Origin: Schmidtea polychroa
Taxonomy: Eukaryota
Length of the DNA: 64,000 nt
Reading direction: 5' to 3'
Assembly (NCBI GenBank): GCA_044892525.1
Contig: CM097885.1
Span: 32,304,001 to 32,368,000, forward strand
Shown here: piece by piece, positions 33,414 through 46,310 of the stretch
Numbering within the stretch: position 1 is the stretch's first letter
Layout of the letters: every line of letters begins with the position of its first letter
Made by a program: the position numbers and the translations under genes
Notes under the pieces: model-generated
Told to the model about the DNA's origin: nothing
The model's database searches: none
The model's input: the letters and a program-made list of their open reading frames with translations, nothing else

Positions 33414-33480
33414 ACAACATACACATTCCCAATTGTTGGAGTTTGGCTACCCTGGACAACAATTGGAAATGTGTGGTTGT
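33414..33480. other. Long hairpin in the 3' non-coding region of the retroelement
   Basis: acacattcccaattgttg (33421-33438) pairs 17/18 with caacaattggaaatgtgt (33457-33474), extended by acaac/gttgt. Confidence 0.75.
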
Positions 33481-34080
33481 CAGTAGTCATTAATTTTTCC
33501 ATTGAAATCGTTTATGAATAAATGGAACTATATCGTATCTAAATCTACATTTGGTTATAAGTTTCTCTGTGTATCTCGGTGTCTCTATATCTATATTTAT
33601 TTATCCAAAACCATTTATTTATATCTAGGCATAAAATTTGAGTATAGACTATTTTGCTTTGATAACTAAATATAATTTTATAAAATTGGCCCATGACAAT
33701 TGAATTTCAAATAGTGTAAAAAAAAAAAAAAAAAAAAAAAAAATCAACAAAATTATATTAACTAATATCTACATACTTCATGGTTTCATATTCGCTTGAA
33801 TTTCAAATAGTGTAAAAAAATCAACAAAATTATATTAATTAATATCTACATACTTCATGGTTTCATACTCGCTTCGAAATCAACAATATTCATGTTTCGA
33901 CGCACCATTTTAAGTTGGAAATAGATTTTCAATTTCCAGTTAATACAGTGACAATTGCGGTAATTAATTTTAAGTATATGTTTCAATTTATTGTATTAAA
34001 TCATCAAAGAATCTGAAAGTTATTTTACACAATATAATAAATAATCGATATAAGTTTATATTAACAAAAAATTTATCCAC

Positions 34081-34817
34081 CTGCATAAGAGGACGATCTT
34101 GAGGTAATAATAAATAATTCTTTGCTTCATCAAATAATCAATATAAGTTTATATTAACAAAAAAAAAAAAAAAAATTTTTATCCACCTGCATAAGAGGAC
34201 GATCTTGAGGTAATAATAAATAAAGTGTACTTGAAAATTATGATGTGTAAATTTATCAGCAATGGTTAATAAGTCATTACAAGCATGAGTATCAGCAAAG
34301 GCTTGGATACCTAAGCAATTAGATGGATCAAGCTGCTGTTTTAAAAATTCACAACAAACATCTTAAATTTCTGATAATTGTAATAAACAAGCAGCTGGTA
34401 GTAAACACTGTAGATTCCATTCTTCAATAACAATTTGAGATATATAACAAAATTCTACCAATGCTTCAACAGCACGTTCATCGATATCCCTTAATGTTAC
34501 CTAATATCGTTTGATAAAGATAACCAAATAGTTAATTACTTCATTTTGTAGTGATTCAGATAATTCGCCAGTAAACATAGCTTTAAAATAATGACTACAT
34601 GCAGATAACACAATTCTATGGACTAAGATTTTTTTTGTTGACCAACAATCAAGGCTACGTCACATAATTCGCCGTGTTTTCTTAGTTGATTAATGGATTC
34701 CAAAGTAATTTTTGGGTGCTTCTCAGAGAAGTAGCATAATTTGTTAAACGGATTAGAATTGAATGCACCCCCAGAACATTGATCTCCAGTAATAATCTTT
34801 TTCTCATTTTGTTGCAC
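34081..34817 (-). pseudogene. KLHL20: Captured, disabled and rearranged KLHL20-like (BTB-BACK) gene fragment
   Basis: [48 protein letters not shown]|intron|[70 protein letters not shown], plus [16 protein letters not shown]. Frameshift at ~34630, TAA stop at 34363-34365, 39-nt GT-AG intron at 34501-34539. Confidence 0.9.
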
Positions 34818-35300
34818 ATCACAATAGTTAATAGAAAATGGTTAAAAATATGAAGAAATAAATAAAATCCCTTACCTATTAATAAATTATTCACCAACCA
34901 TTCAAATCAAACTACGAGTCGTACCGAGGATTTCCGCGGCTTCGGTGCGTTCGGTGGCTTCTGATTGGCTTTCTCCTTATCTCGTGTAAGAACTGAAAGA
35001 AGAAAGAAATAAATCTATTTTGCGAAACAAAATTAAATTACCCTTGAATTAGTTGTCCAAATTGTAGATATGAAAAAAATTCAATTTGATTGACCATATC
35101 AATAATTTCTGCAATTAGATAGAATCAGTGGGTAATGCAAATATGAAATTGAGAAAGGAATTCAAACAATAATTTGATAATATTTAATTGATTGCCCTCA
35201 ACTGCAATTAAATTAGTTGCTCATTAGTAAAATGAGTTCGAGATTTACAAAATTGCAAGAAAAAGAAAAATTGATATAATAATAATAATTATTATTATTG

Positions 35301-35343
<43 letters not shown>

Positions 35344-35556
35344 AAAAAAATCATAATATAATAATTAGATATAATAATTAGATATAATAATTATTGCTAT
35401 TATTGTTATTATCGTTATTATTGTTATCGGTAGGAATTATTGTTATTATTATCGGTAGTATTATTATCGTCATTATTATTGTTATTAGTAACATTATTAT
35501 TTATAATGGTAAATTAGACTTATTATATACATGCAGATTCGAGGTCGAATCTAAAT

Positions 35557-35569
35557 AAAAGGGGGGAGA
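35557..35569 (+). promoter_or_regulatory. Polypurine tract
   Basis: aaaaggggggaga just upstream of the 3' LTR. Confidence 0.9.
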
Positions 35570-35571
35570 TA

Positions 35572-36436
35572 TGTTGGGGTTCAACAAGAGAGGCACAAAA
35601 ATGAGGTGAAAATTGATAAAAACACCAAATTCAAAATAAAAATTTAAAGTACAAAATATTAATTAAAAAAATCAAAATTTTAAAAATGAATATTTTCTGG
35701 GGGAAACTGGTATGGGCGGATGCTAAATAATGAGACGAGTTCAGCTATAATAAAATAAAATCAATGGGGGGTCCCTAAAAGGAATAAATTACAAAAAACA
35801 AAAATTAATTAAAATTAATTAACTAATGGAAAACCCGAGCTAATGGGAAACCCGAGCTAATGGAGAACCCGAGCTAATGGGAAACCCGATACAATGGAAA
35901 ACCCGAGCGAATTGAGAAATCCAATTTCGGGAAGGCAATTAATTTAGCCGGATAAAAAGCGCCGTCAAAGGAAATGAGCAAATTCCCTGCAATTAAATTA
36001 GACCTCCAAGAGGAAGCCCGGGGGAAATAAAACCAAAAATAATTGGCAAAAATAAAGTCAATTAACAAGCGAGTATAAAAGCAACTGACAAGAAAACAAA
36101 ATGCCAGTTGGTCGAAGAAAAGAAAACAGAAGTTGACGAGAGTGAAAAAGGAAATATCAAAGTTAGTCGAAAGTAAACCATATAAAAATAAAATCGAACG
36201 TACCAGAAAGGGATATCTCCCGTTGGAAGATCTACCCCTGCGTGAGATTTGTTGGCAATTGAAAAGTGCAGACAAAACCTGATTGTATCAAGTGTGAGTA
36301 AACTAATACAAGTGTAAAAGTGTAACTGCATCAGTGTCAATAAAGATTTTGTGTTGGGTTATTTGTTTATTTATTTATTTGGAAAAGAACACAAAGGAGT
36401 CAGACCGTAGTACCGACTTGCATTAAAAACCCAACA
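35572..36436 (+). repeat. 3' LTR (865 bp)
   Basis: Matches the 5' LTR; the only difference spotted by eye is in an A-tract (A11 vs AAAAATAAAA). Confidence 0.97.
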
Positions 36437-36955
36437 AATTAAAAATATGTAACTGTTCTCTCAACCTAACCGACATATTAATGTACCTTTTGCAATTGGT
36501 TATATTTCCAAACCTTCGCCAGCAATTCCAGTAATAAACGATAATATTAATACATATTTACTTATTATTAATAATTTATTTCTTACAAAATATTTACAAA
36601 AAGCAAAATATTATAATATCAGTAATATCACCTTTTTATTTTACCTTTTGATATTTCATTTATTTGCATTATGATAATAGATCAAATATTAATTTTTGTT
36701 GCAAAGGAAAATATATTTTTGACATATAGTAAAAAAAAGTAAAACAAATACCCGGTAAGATTTTTAAAATTTTCAAATGGTCTGAAAATTTTTTTATAAT
36801 AAACAAAAAGAATATTTGAAAAAATAAAATTTGAAAAGCATTTGATTGGCTGTGTGGAAATGAAAAGAGTGCAGAAATATATTTAATCTTACTTCTAGCA
36901 GATTGAATTTGGAAATGGTGTATCGTCGAATGCTAGTAAATCAGTAATCAAAAAC

Positions 36956-37626
36956 CGTATTCCGACAATCCGCCAACACGACAATCCGCCAAATGACAAT
37001 CCACCAACAGACAATATGCCAACACGACAATCCGCCAACACTAAAAAATTGGCCAACGCTGACATTTATTAAAAAAAATATTTGTAGGTCATCATATTAA
37101 AATTAATTCATATGTACTTGTACAACAAATTTGCCTAAATAATCATTCAAATAAAAGCATTAAAATCAAATACCAGTACCTTTATGATCAGTATCATTGC
37201 GACATGTTGAATGTGAGTAGATATCTTGGGAGCAATACCCATAGGGGGTCAAAACATCTTGTCGGATAAACTCAGAATATATATATATATATAATAAAAA
37301 GAATTAACTCATTCATTGAATCAGTCAAATTATGACAAATTTTGATAAAAAATCTTGTTTACCTCTCAGCCAGTTAAATTGTTTAAATATTTAATTAAAA
37401 TTTTATATTAAACAATTACTAGTTGATTATTATCTTTCAGCGGAGAATTTATTATTAAAATTTTAAAAATATAATAAATTTAAAATGTATGTATGTTAAA
37501 ACAAAAATTTATCGACTTTTTGGCAGATTGTCGCTTTGGTGGATTGTCACTTTGAACTATTTGGCGGATTGTCGTTTGGCGGATTGTCGTCAGCCTATTA
37601 ATGATTTGGCGGATTGTCGTACAACC
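36956..37626. mobile_element. Non-autonomous MULE/fold-back-like element with inverted subterminal repeat arrays
   Basis: cgacaatccgccaa x5 at left and ttggcggattgtcg x5 at right; flanking direct repeat ATCAAAAAC (36947-36955 and 37627-37635), an 8-9-bp TSD. Confidence 0.8.
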
Positions 37627-38768
37627 ATCAAAAACAAGACAATCCATACTTTTTATATATTGACATAACGGGAAAACACATGTGAATAGAAGGAATGTCT
37701 TGTTATCGTAAATATATATTTTGGTATATTTGATTTATGTTACTAATTAAAAATTAAAGCTCTAAAAATTATTTAATGAAACTTGTCAAAATCCAGTTAT
37801 ACTCTTTTTTAAGTTTTTATTTAAACAAATTTCTTTGAGACTATTTTTAAAAATAATTCAAATAATAATTTCATAAAAATTCTGCATTCAATTAAAATTT
37901 CATACTCGTTATAATTTTATATGTTTCAGTATTTCATCCAAAAGATTTTCTTATTGTATTATCGAAGCAATGGACAAGATCTGGCTAATAATCTTTCATA
38001 TTTTGAAATTATTTTAATGTTTGAAATGTTTCTGTCTTTTGTAAATGAGAAGAACAAAATTAGACATTTATGATATAGAAAAAGTTATAAACACTAGAAA
38101 ATATAGACTCAAACCTCGTAATTCCATTCATTATTTTTCCTAATATAATGGGTCAAATCATGCAAGTGCAAGACAAATTTTACTTTCATACTCTCCATCA
38201 TCCTCCATATTTACTAGAATTGGTTCAAAATTATTTTTATTTGTTTCTGCATCCTTAAAAATATTTACGTACCTAATAAACTTTAAACACGAAGATTACG
38301 AAAGAGATTCATTATTTGTTTGATATTAAAATTTTGCTTTTACAAAAATGTTTATTTACATGATCTAATTTAAATTACAATTAAGAAAGAAATAATTACA
38401 ATTAATATTTTTAAAAAATGATAAAAATAAATACATCGTATGATATTTTTATGAAAACTTTTGTAGCCAGTACAAATTACAGAATTTGTCAGCTTTCCAT
38501 TAAAAATCTTTGAAATTTAATGTTGAGTTTTCAGATTAAATGAAAGCCGACCAAATATATCACAAATGTTTTTCTTTCTTTTAAATATTGCCTATAAAGA
38601 AACGAAGAAAAATCATTTAAAAATAAAATCCTAATCTTTACTCACCTTGGCGAAAAAATATTATCCAATCAAATATCGATAACTAATAAAAATTTTTAAA
38701 TGATTTTAATTGGTTGATAGATATATATTTTCTGAAAATAAATAAATATCTTCATTTTATTCTAGATT

Positions 38769-39827
38769 ATGAATGCTAGCATCAAAAACGTCTCTCGGTA
38801 TTTTGAAAATGATCCTGACATTTATTATGTTGTGGGACAATATTTCCTATTACCATCATTTGCTATAGGAATCGTTTTGAATATTATAATAATTGTACAG
38901 CTTGAACAGTTAATTTCAATGTATCGTAAAATCGGTGGCCTGTTTGTCCTGCAATGCGTTTCTATTGTTGAAATTTTAAATTTATTTAATTCTGGATTCC
39001 TGAATTGGTTATTCAACTACACAGAAGTCATGTTCAAAATCCAATCGTCGAAATTTAGTATAAATCTCATTTGTAAGGTTTACAACTTTTTACCCCATAC
39101 CGGTCTGTTGATTGGCGAATGGTTGGGAGTTGGCCTCTCCATTGATAGATTACTTTATACGATTTCTAAAAGGAAATCTCGACAGTATTTTACAGTGTTC
39201 CGATTAAAGATCGGTATGATAATGTTTTTTGCGGTTTCATTATCGGCTCTGTTTAATTATTTATGGATGTTCGGTTGGATTGTCCCAGACCCATTAGGAC
39301 ATAGACAATGCAATGTCTTACCGGAATATTTCTATATCTATTATCATTTCATTAACAAGCTAGAAATCGTTTTTGAAATTCTTCTACCTGAATCTATAAC
39401 GTTAACAATTTTGATAATTGTTGTATTTTATCTGCTGAATTATAAGAAAAAAAATTTCAATTACAACAATGAACGAGTCAATATAGCACTGAGAGAATCC
39501 TGCCATGATATGAATTCCCCAGAATTCGTCGGCCGAAGAATCGACAGAGAGGTTAATGGAAACTTAATCAACAGATTGATCACTGCGATATTTATTATCT
39601 CATCAATTGTGAATATTAGTTTTGATTTTACGAGAAATTTTCAAAAAATAACCCAGACATTCGGTAAAGAACCAATTTTCTCTAATATCAGTTTTATAAT
39701 TAATAATTACATTCATCTCGGAAAATCAGTTATTCGAGCAATTATCACAGAAATCTTCGTTGCGTATTTAACAATAGGAAAAATAATAAATATCAACAGA
39801 AATTATAACAACAATTGTGAAGTTTAG
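38769..39827 (+). CDS. Orphan rhodopsin-like (class A) GPCR, single ORF
   Basis: 352 aa with about seven hydrophobic segments; GIVLN in TM1, ICK at the start of TM3, LSIDRL (DRY-like), Cys in ECL2, LLP in TM5. Confidence 0.8.
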   Translation: MNASIKNVSRYFENDPDIYYVVGQYFLLPSFAIGIVLNIIIIVQLEQLISMYRKIGGLFVLQCVSIVEILNLFNSGFLNWLFNYTEVMFKIQSSKFSINLICKVYNFLPHTGLLIGEWLGVGLSIDRLLYTISKRKSRQYFTVFRLKIGMIMFFAVSLSALFNYLWMFGWIVPDPLGHRQCNVLPEYFYIYYHFINKLEIVFEILLPESITLTILIIVVFYLLNYKKKNFNYNNERVNIALRESCHDMNSPEFVGRRIDREVNGNLINRLITAIFIISSIVNISFDFTRNFQKITQTFGKEPIFSNISFIINNYIHLGKSVIRAIITEIFVAYLTIGKIININRNYNNNCEV

Positions 39828-40736
39828 ATCAAATTGGGATTCTTTCATGTCTTTTTCCTCATCTTTTACCATCGATTTCGGTGATGAATGTAAAATTAAA
39901 GTTTGTTGAAAAATCGGAACGAAAAATTTAAAATAAATTCAAATACAGCATTGATTTTATTTGTTTTAATTTTCATCGAAAATATAAAAAACGTTTACTT
40001 TTATATATTTTTCTCAATCAAGAATTTGCAAATTTAATATATTTTCCTTCAAGAATGAAATTTATTATAATTACCCCATTGGGATCGTTTTTATTAAGTA
40101 ATGAAGTACAAGTTCACTATAAATGGACATTTTTTATGAATTGGTTAAAATTTTATTATTTTAAAAATGGTTAAAAATAATATAAGCATGAATCTTCTTC
40201 ATGTATTTATGACAGAAATTTCCAACAAATGTGTCGCAAAATTTCTGGTAAATATTTTTATCCTATTACTGAAAAAAAATAATTGTTTGAAAAATTTTTA
40301 TTTATAATTTAAAATTTATAGATTTTATAATTTGTTTATATATTATCAATATAGTATAGTTATTCATCCGTCGTGAATGTAGGTAACCTGATGATGATAG
40401 TGATGCTATCGAAATATATAGTGAAAAAGATGTACGAATGGCGATTTTTATTAATAAAATCTTTACCGTGTTTATTTAAATATTACTGATTGTTTAAAAA
40501 ATTTTAATTTAATTAAAAAATTTAAATTTATTCAAATTTAAATTTTAAACTTCTAGATAATAAAATCTTTATTTTCATAAAATTATTTCTACTCAAATAA
40601 TTGTGTTTACATTTTTATTCAATTTATGTTTTAAAATATTTATTAATTACCCATTTAATTATCAGTTATTTACTTTTTGATATTTAATTATTTAATGACA
40701 ATAATTTGATGTATATTTCAATTGTGTAATTTAATA

Positions 40737-41106
40737 CAGTGGTCGTCAAACTTCAAAAGCTTGCGGAACTCTTATGTGATAAAACAATAAAACATCTATT
40801 TAAATAATAAAAAACGTAAAATGACTGTCTAAATAATAAAATTAATCACTTGGGTAAGCTTGCTTTTCATTATATAATTTGACGATATTTGAAGAAATTG
40901 GTGTTAATCGTAGGCACATGAAATTTTCTGCATCAAGTTTATATCTGTATTTTGCCTTTGTAGCAATGCAAAAAGAAAATGATCTCTCACAAAAATATGT
41001 GGTTAAGAAAAGCATTAGTACTTTCACCGTTCGTTAGGAAATTAAATTTTTCATGATATTTTTAATTACTGATTTTTTCCCTCGGAACACAGTTTGATCA
41101 CCACTG
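40737..41106 (-). mobile_element. hAT (Buster/Charlie) deletion derivative
   Basis: TIRs cagtggtcgtcaaact / agtttgatcaccactg; 8-bp TSD atttaata/atctaata (nnnTAnnn); transposase C-terminal relic TTYFCERSFS..KAKYRYKLDAE..KQAYPSD. Confidence 0.88.
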
Positions 41107-42449
41107 ATCTAATATATTCAAATATCTATTACTTTTTTTGTTAATTGTGTAAAAGTCTTATTTCGTCGTTTAAATGCAGCCGATGGAAGAAAATAAGTCC
41201 AATGAGATAGCTTACACGAATTCCCTAGAAAAACGTTTTAATGTGCTTTAATATTCCCCAATTTTATTCTAAAAAAATCTAAATTTTGAAAACATTTTAT
41301 AGTCGACTTTGTTTAACACGAATTTCCTATGACTTTTTCAGATAGAAATATCCCCAATAATGAATAATCACTTTACAAAAACACTTAACGAAGGTTGATT
41401 TTGTTAAAAAATTCATATGGTAAAAAAGAAATTTATTAAAAATACAAAAAAACACAAAAATAAAAAAAATAAAATAGATAAATATGTAATTTCATTGGAA
41501 ATTTACTAAACATCATAGTTTTACAAAAATTCAATATAAAAATAGAATTATAAGAAATAATTATTAATTAATGTGAGAGCACTGAAGAAATTGTTAATAA
41601 TAATTTAATATCAATGCAAAAATCTCTATATCACGCAGATAATGTAATTTAATTTTTTTTCAGTATTACTTTTTATTTAAAATAAATTATAGATTTATGT
41701 TAAATTAATATCCAATTTTATCGTAATTTTCCGATAAATGTAGAAAGAAAATTGCGTTTAAGGGATAATCTCAATTAAATACAAATTTTCCGAATAATAA
41801 GAGCACGTGTATTTAATTTATTTATTTATCGAGAAATAATACTTTGGGTATTTACATTGAAAATTAATTTTTAGGCTTTTATAGCGAGAAAAATATTTAG
41901 GCTTTTTAAAGGCGAATCTATTTCTAGGCTTTTTAATCAAACCTAAAAAACCTTCTGACTATAGTGTGAGTTTCAGATTGACATTCAACCAAAAAATAAT
42001 AATAATTATAAAAATTGTATTAATTAAAAAGTTTGACTATGAATCAGTAAATATATCGATGCTTTTTTGATATTCACGAATTTTCAGCACTGTCTTTTTC
42101 ATAGTCAAGCTTTTTAATAAATACAATCAATGTCAATTGAAAAGAAATCAGTGGTGAAATTTGAAAGAATTTTTATAATAATTATAAAAATAATAATAGT
42201 TATAAAAAATAAAATTAAAATTAAAAATAAATATTAATTTAAAAATAAATATTAAAATTAAATTATTTCATATAAACAAATTATTAAAAAAATAACTTCA
42301 TTAAAACCAAAAAATAAAATTAACCACTTCAATAAGACAAAATTAAAAAAATTGTAACCCCCATAAAACAATTTATCGGAGAGGGATCTAAAAGAAAGTT
42401 TAAGCCAAATAATACTAATCACCCAAAAAGATAGTTCTCAAAGTGGTGT

Positions 42450-43400
42450 CAACTTTCATTTCCACTACTGCAAATTTTAGCATGTAGGTGAAATGATTGG
42501 GTATATATTGAACAGCATGAAACCATGTATTCCATCTTGTAATACCTGTGATAAGATATCGATGAGACTGGTTACATTGAATGACTAGAACGATGACTAG
42601 GAGCTTTTACAATGACTATTAAAGCGTTAATATCATCAAATACCAAACAGTAACACTCAGATACTAGGTTTACTATATAGCACCAATAAGTTGAATGAAT
42701 TGAATAAGGAAGAAGTACCGGCAAGCAATCACGATAAGATTTCAACATATAGGACGCATTGCCTGATATAAATGCTTTCACTTGGACATAAATAGAGCGA
42801 ATTCAATATTGTCTGTGAAATTATTTGGTAATTGACTGACTCCAAGAATCTTACTTTAACAACCATAGGATTGTAAACACTTTTAATGCCCATGTCTTTG
42901 AACACAATACAAACTATTGCTCTTTTTCAACGCTAGTAATTTTATCCACTATAATAACGATATTTCTGTCAGAAAGCCATGCCTTCAAATTCTCATTTTT
43001 TTTCTCACGAAAAAGTAGTAATCATTTTGTACAGATCTGATTTATACGAGGAATGGAACCTCCAACCTGTACGTTCTTATGAAAGAAATCACAAAAGGCA
43101 GGGTTATCCATGTTTTCTAATGGAATGTACATGCACCAATTCGAATAGCTATGTTTTAGTGACAACTTGGAAATGTCTATGCGTTTGTCTACGAAATAAA
43201 TGCATATCGCTTCCTGTAACTTTCTATTCTACAACAGAAAAATAAATGAATAATAAATTACCGGTTATAGATTCACAATTTTTTAAAAATCTCCTGACAT
43301 ACAAGAAGCTTCGACCACAATATAGAATCTCACAATGTAAACTATATTGCTTAAATTTGGAAGTAATTTCTTTGACTCCTAATTTAATTCTACAAACATT
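42450..43400 (-). pseudogene. Decayed hAT/CGGBP-like transposase fragments
   Basis: KAFISGNASYMLKSYRDCLPVLLPYSIHSTYWCYIVNLV resembles the hAT core pattern (SDNA.YM...H..C.AH.LNL); broken frames. Confidence 0.55.
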
Positions 43401-45317
43401 TCTCATTCCAATGCAAACCTTTTCCCGTATTATACTGCACAGAAACCCATTTACCGCTTTATACTATTTATTCCCTTAATAAAGAACACTGGTGGCCCTA
43501 GTTATCACTGATTTCAGTTGAACAAGAGAAAGCAAGTTGTACAAATATAGAAAATGTTGTTTGAATTTACAACAATGAAAGTTTACAAAGTGATATTTTA
43601 AGTAAATATTGTTTTTTATAATTTAATACTTACTAAATAAAAACATTAGAATCTATTTTTAATTAAAATTTGTCGGTGAAAATGGAGTTTATATTAAATT
43701 ACATTTTATATTAATATTCTAAAAGAAATGATTATCTATTTATATAGAACTTTTTAGGCTTTCATTAAAATAAAATATTGAAAATCATATCTTCAAGTAA
43801 GCTTCATGCAACTTTAATATTTTAATAACTTTTTTTCATTTTCATAATTGATCAAATATTTTTATTGTATTTTTTGTGTTGATAGATTTATTTAAAATAA
43901 TGAAACAATTTCTCATATCACTTATTAAGTACACCAAACACCACTTAGATACCTTTTCTATAGTGGTAGTTAGTGTGTACACCAATTGGTCTACAATTTC
44001 GATCAATTTAAATATGAGATCAATATTCAACTTCTTAAATATTAATTTTAGTCAACAATTGTATTATAAATTATTTTTAATTAATTTTCAGATTTCCAAT
44101 GACTTTTATTAAATTTATTTTATAATTATTTTATAATTATTTTGATATAATGTGAGTCAGATATAATTTGAATTATAATTAAATAATTATACCAATCGCC
44201 AAATATGTGTTTTTCTAAAACATTTCTAAAACAAATATAAGAAATTCTAATGAATATTTAACTTAATTTTAACTGAAAAATAATTTCTTCTTTTTCATGA
44301 AAATAGTTTCTTTAAAAATACATTTAAAAACATTTCAGCAATCTTTTCCTTTCTCAAAAATGTCTAAAAAATGTTAATATAGAAACGTATCTCAGCAGCG
44401 CATTTCTATATATCGAAAGTTTGTATGTTTTTTAGTATGTGTTGTGTTTGTGTATAGTATTTAATTTTTCCACCACTTTTTAAATTTCCATGGTGTAAGA
44501 TGTATCTCATTGCACTATCAATGAGAACATCAGCGTGAAATCAAAGTAAATGTGTATATTTCTATATAAGTTTATTGAATTTTTTCTTTTATTATATGAA
44601 ACGTATCTGACTGGTTTTTGGTGTACTATCAGATCTATGCCAACAAGTGTGATAATACAGAACTACGGGTATTAATAGAATCCATAACACAAATTATATT
44701 AACAGGTTTATTATTAAAATATAAATATTATTAAAGGAAATTATAACGTTAATTTGTTTGAGGAGTTTCTAGAAAATAATAATTAATGTATAAGTAATGA
44801 TTTCTATATACAATCAAACATGCACAACATCATACCATTATTTTAATACAAATTACAAAACGCCTTACAGTGTGAAATTATAAATAAAGAGTTGATTTTG
44901 TGGAATAGTAAAAAAGTAACATAATTAAAAAACTTAGTTTTGAATTATATAATTATTTATTTTATCAGAAATTGTGTAGGAATGCCAGATGGAAATTAAA
45001 AATACAAAAGCAGACGAAAAACTAGATGTTGTTGCAGAAAACTTTAACACTTAACTTTAAAATATTTTAGTTGGTGTCATGCATAAAAAAATCTTCAAAT
45101 TCAAATATACAGCAGGATAAAGTAACTTTTAATCTGACAGAAATAAAAAAACAATGAAAACAATGAAGAAAGATAATATGAAACTTCTTTAGAAATAGAA
45201 TATTTGATAGATAAAATCGAAAATTTGACTCTAAAAATTTATTACGAAGATACAGAAACCAAGAGCGAATATTTTCAATCGAAATGATGCCCATAATATT
45301 TTGATTATTATTAATAA

Positions 45318-45862
45318 CTAGCTAGGGTACCCGGCGTTGAACGATTTAAAAAAGAGTAAACAGATTCAAAATAAAGAAATTTATTTCAATTCATTCATTT
45401 ATAAAAAATAATTTAAAAATACATAAACATTTAATTAAAAAGAAGTACATGTAATTTACATATCCTTATGATAAAGCTCGTCAATAAACTATATTTTTGG
45501 TTTGTCGAAAATCTCCAGCTAATACCACAACTGTTCCTCCCATTAGTTTTGTGTTTCCTTTTAAATCCTGAAGAGTTGAAGGAATTATACACTAATCCTA
45601 TTTTATAAACCTAAGATGATCTACAACTTTTATTTGTAATATTATTTGCCAATTTCACCGTACTTGGTAGTAAAACTGTAGTAAATCAAGGTGACCCTGA
45701 GTAGGGTTAGGGTACCCTAGGAGTGGTCACCTGAGGTTGAAACATAGCCTATGACCTGTCCCGAGTCAAATAAGGGTACATGGAAAATTTCAGCATCCTA
45801 GGTCCAACAGTGGGGAATTCTATAGAAAACAAACAAACAAACTTTCATCTTTATATATTAGA
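45318..45862 (-). mobile_element. Non-autonomous Helitron
   Basis: Minus strand A|TCTAATATATAAAGATGAAAGTTTGTTTG...CGCCGGGTACCCTAGCTAG|T, no TSD; helicase C-terminal relic TKNIVY*RAL. Confidence 0.85.
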
Positions 45863-46120
45863 TATGAATAATAATAAAAGTCAATCTGGTTGTTCCGACT
45901 ATAAAATAACCCAAAAACGCATAAGAAAACAGCTATTCGATATGGATCTATGTAAATATTAAAAATTAAAGCGTACAATATTTATTTGAAAAATATTTTA
46001 TCTAAAAAAGTGAATTAAATATGTCAGTCAGAAACAATGTTACAAAATATAATTAATACCAAAATTTCATCTACTTTTCCTCACATTGAAATAATATTGT
46101 GTATATTTAAAATCATTAAG

Positions 46121-46310
46121 ATGACCAATTGCTCAAGCGATCATTTTTCGTCAAGGAAAAAATAAAAAAAAACATTTAAGGTCCTCATTAGGACAAGAAA
46201 AACTAAATAGTTTAAATTTATTGGTATTTGAATCAAACCATTTTAATAAAATTAATTGGGATGAATTTATTCTAATCTTTGTTGAATCAAAATCTCGAAA
46301 AAAAGATATT
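46121..46310 (+). pseudogene. hAT transposase dimerisation-domain relic
   Basis: TNCSS..SFS...HLRSSLGQEKLNSLNLLVFE...FVESKSRK matches the hAT C-terminal pattern. Confidence 0.7.

Larger units (their letters stand above)
19853..36436 (+). mobile_element. Full-length Ty3/gypsy (Metaviridae)-type LTR retroelement with envelope-like and accessory genes, 16.6 kb
   Basis: Paired LTRs TGTTGGG...CCCAACA; 4-bp TSD AATT (19849-19852 and 36437-36440); PBS; PPT; PR-RT-RH-IN order. Confidence 0.97.
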
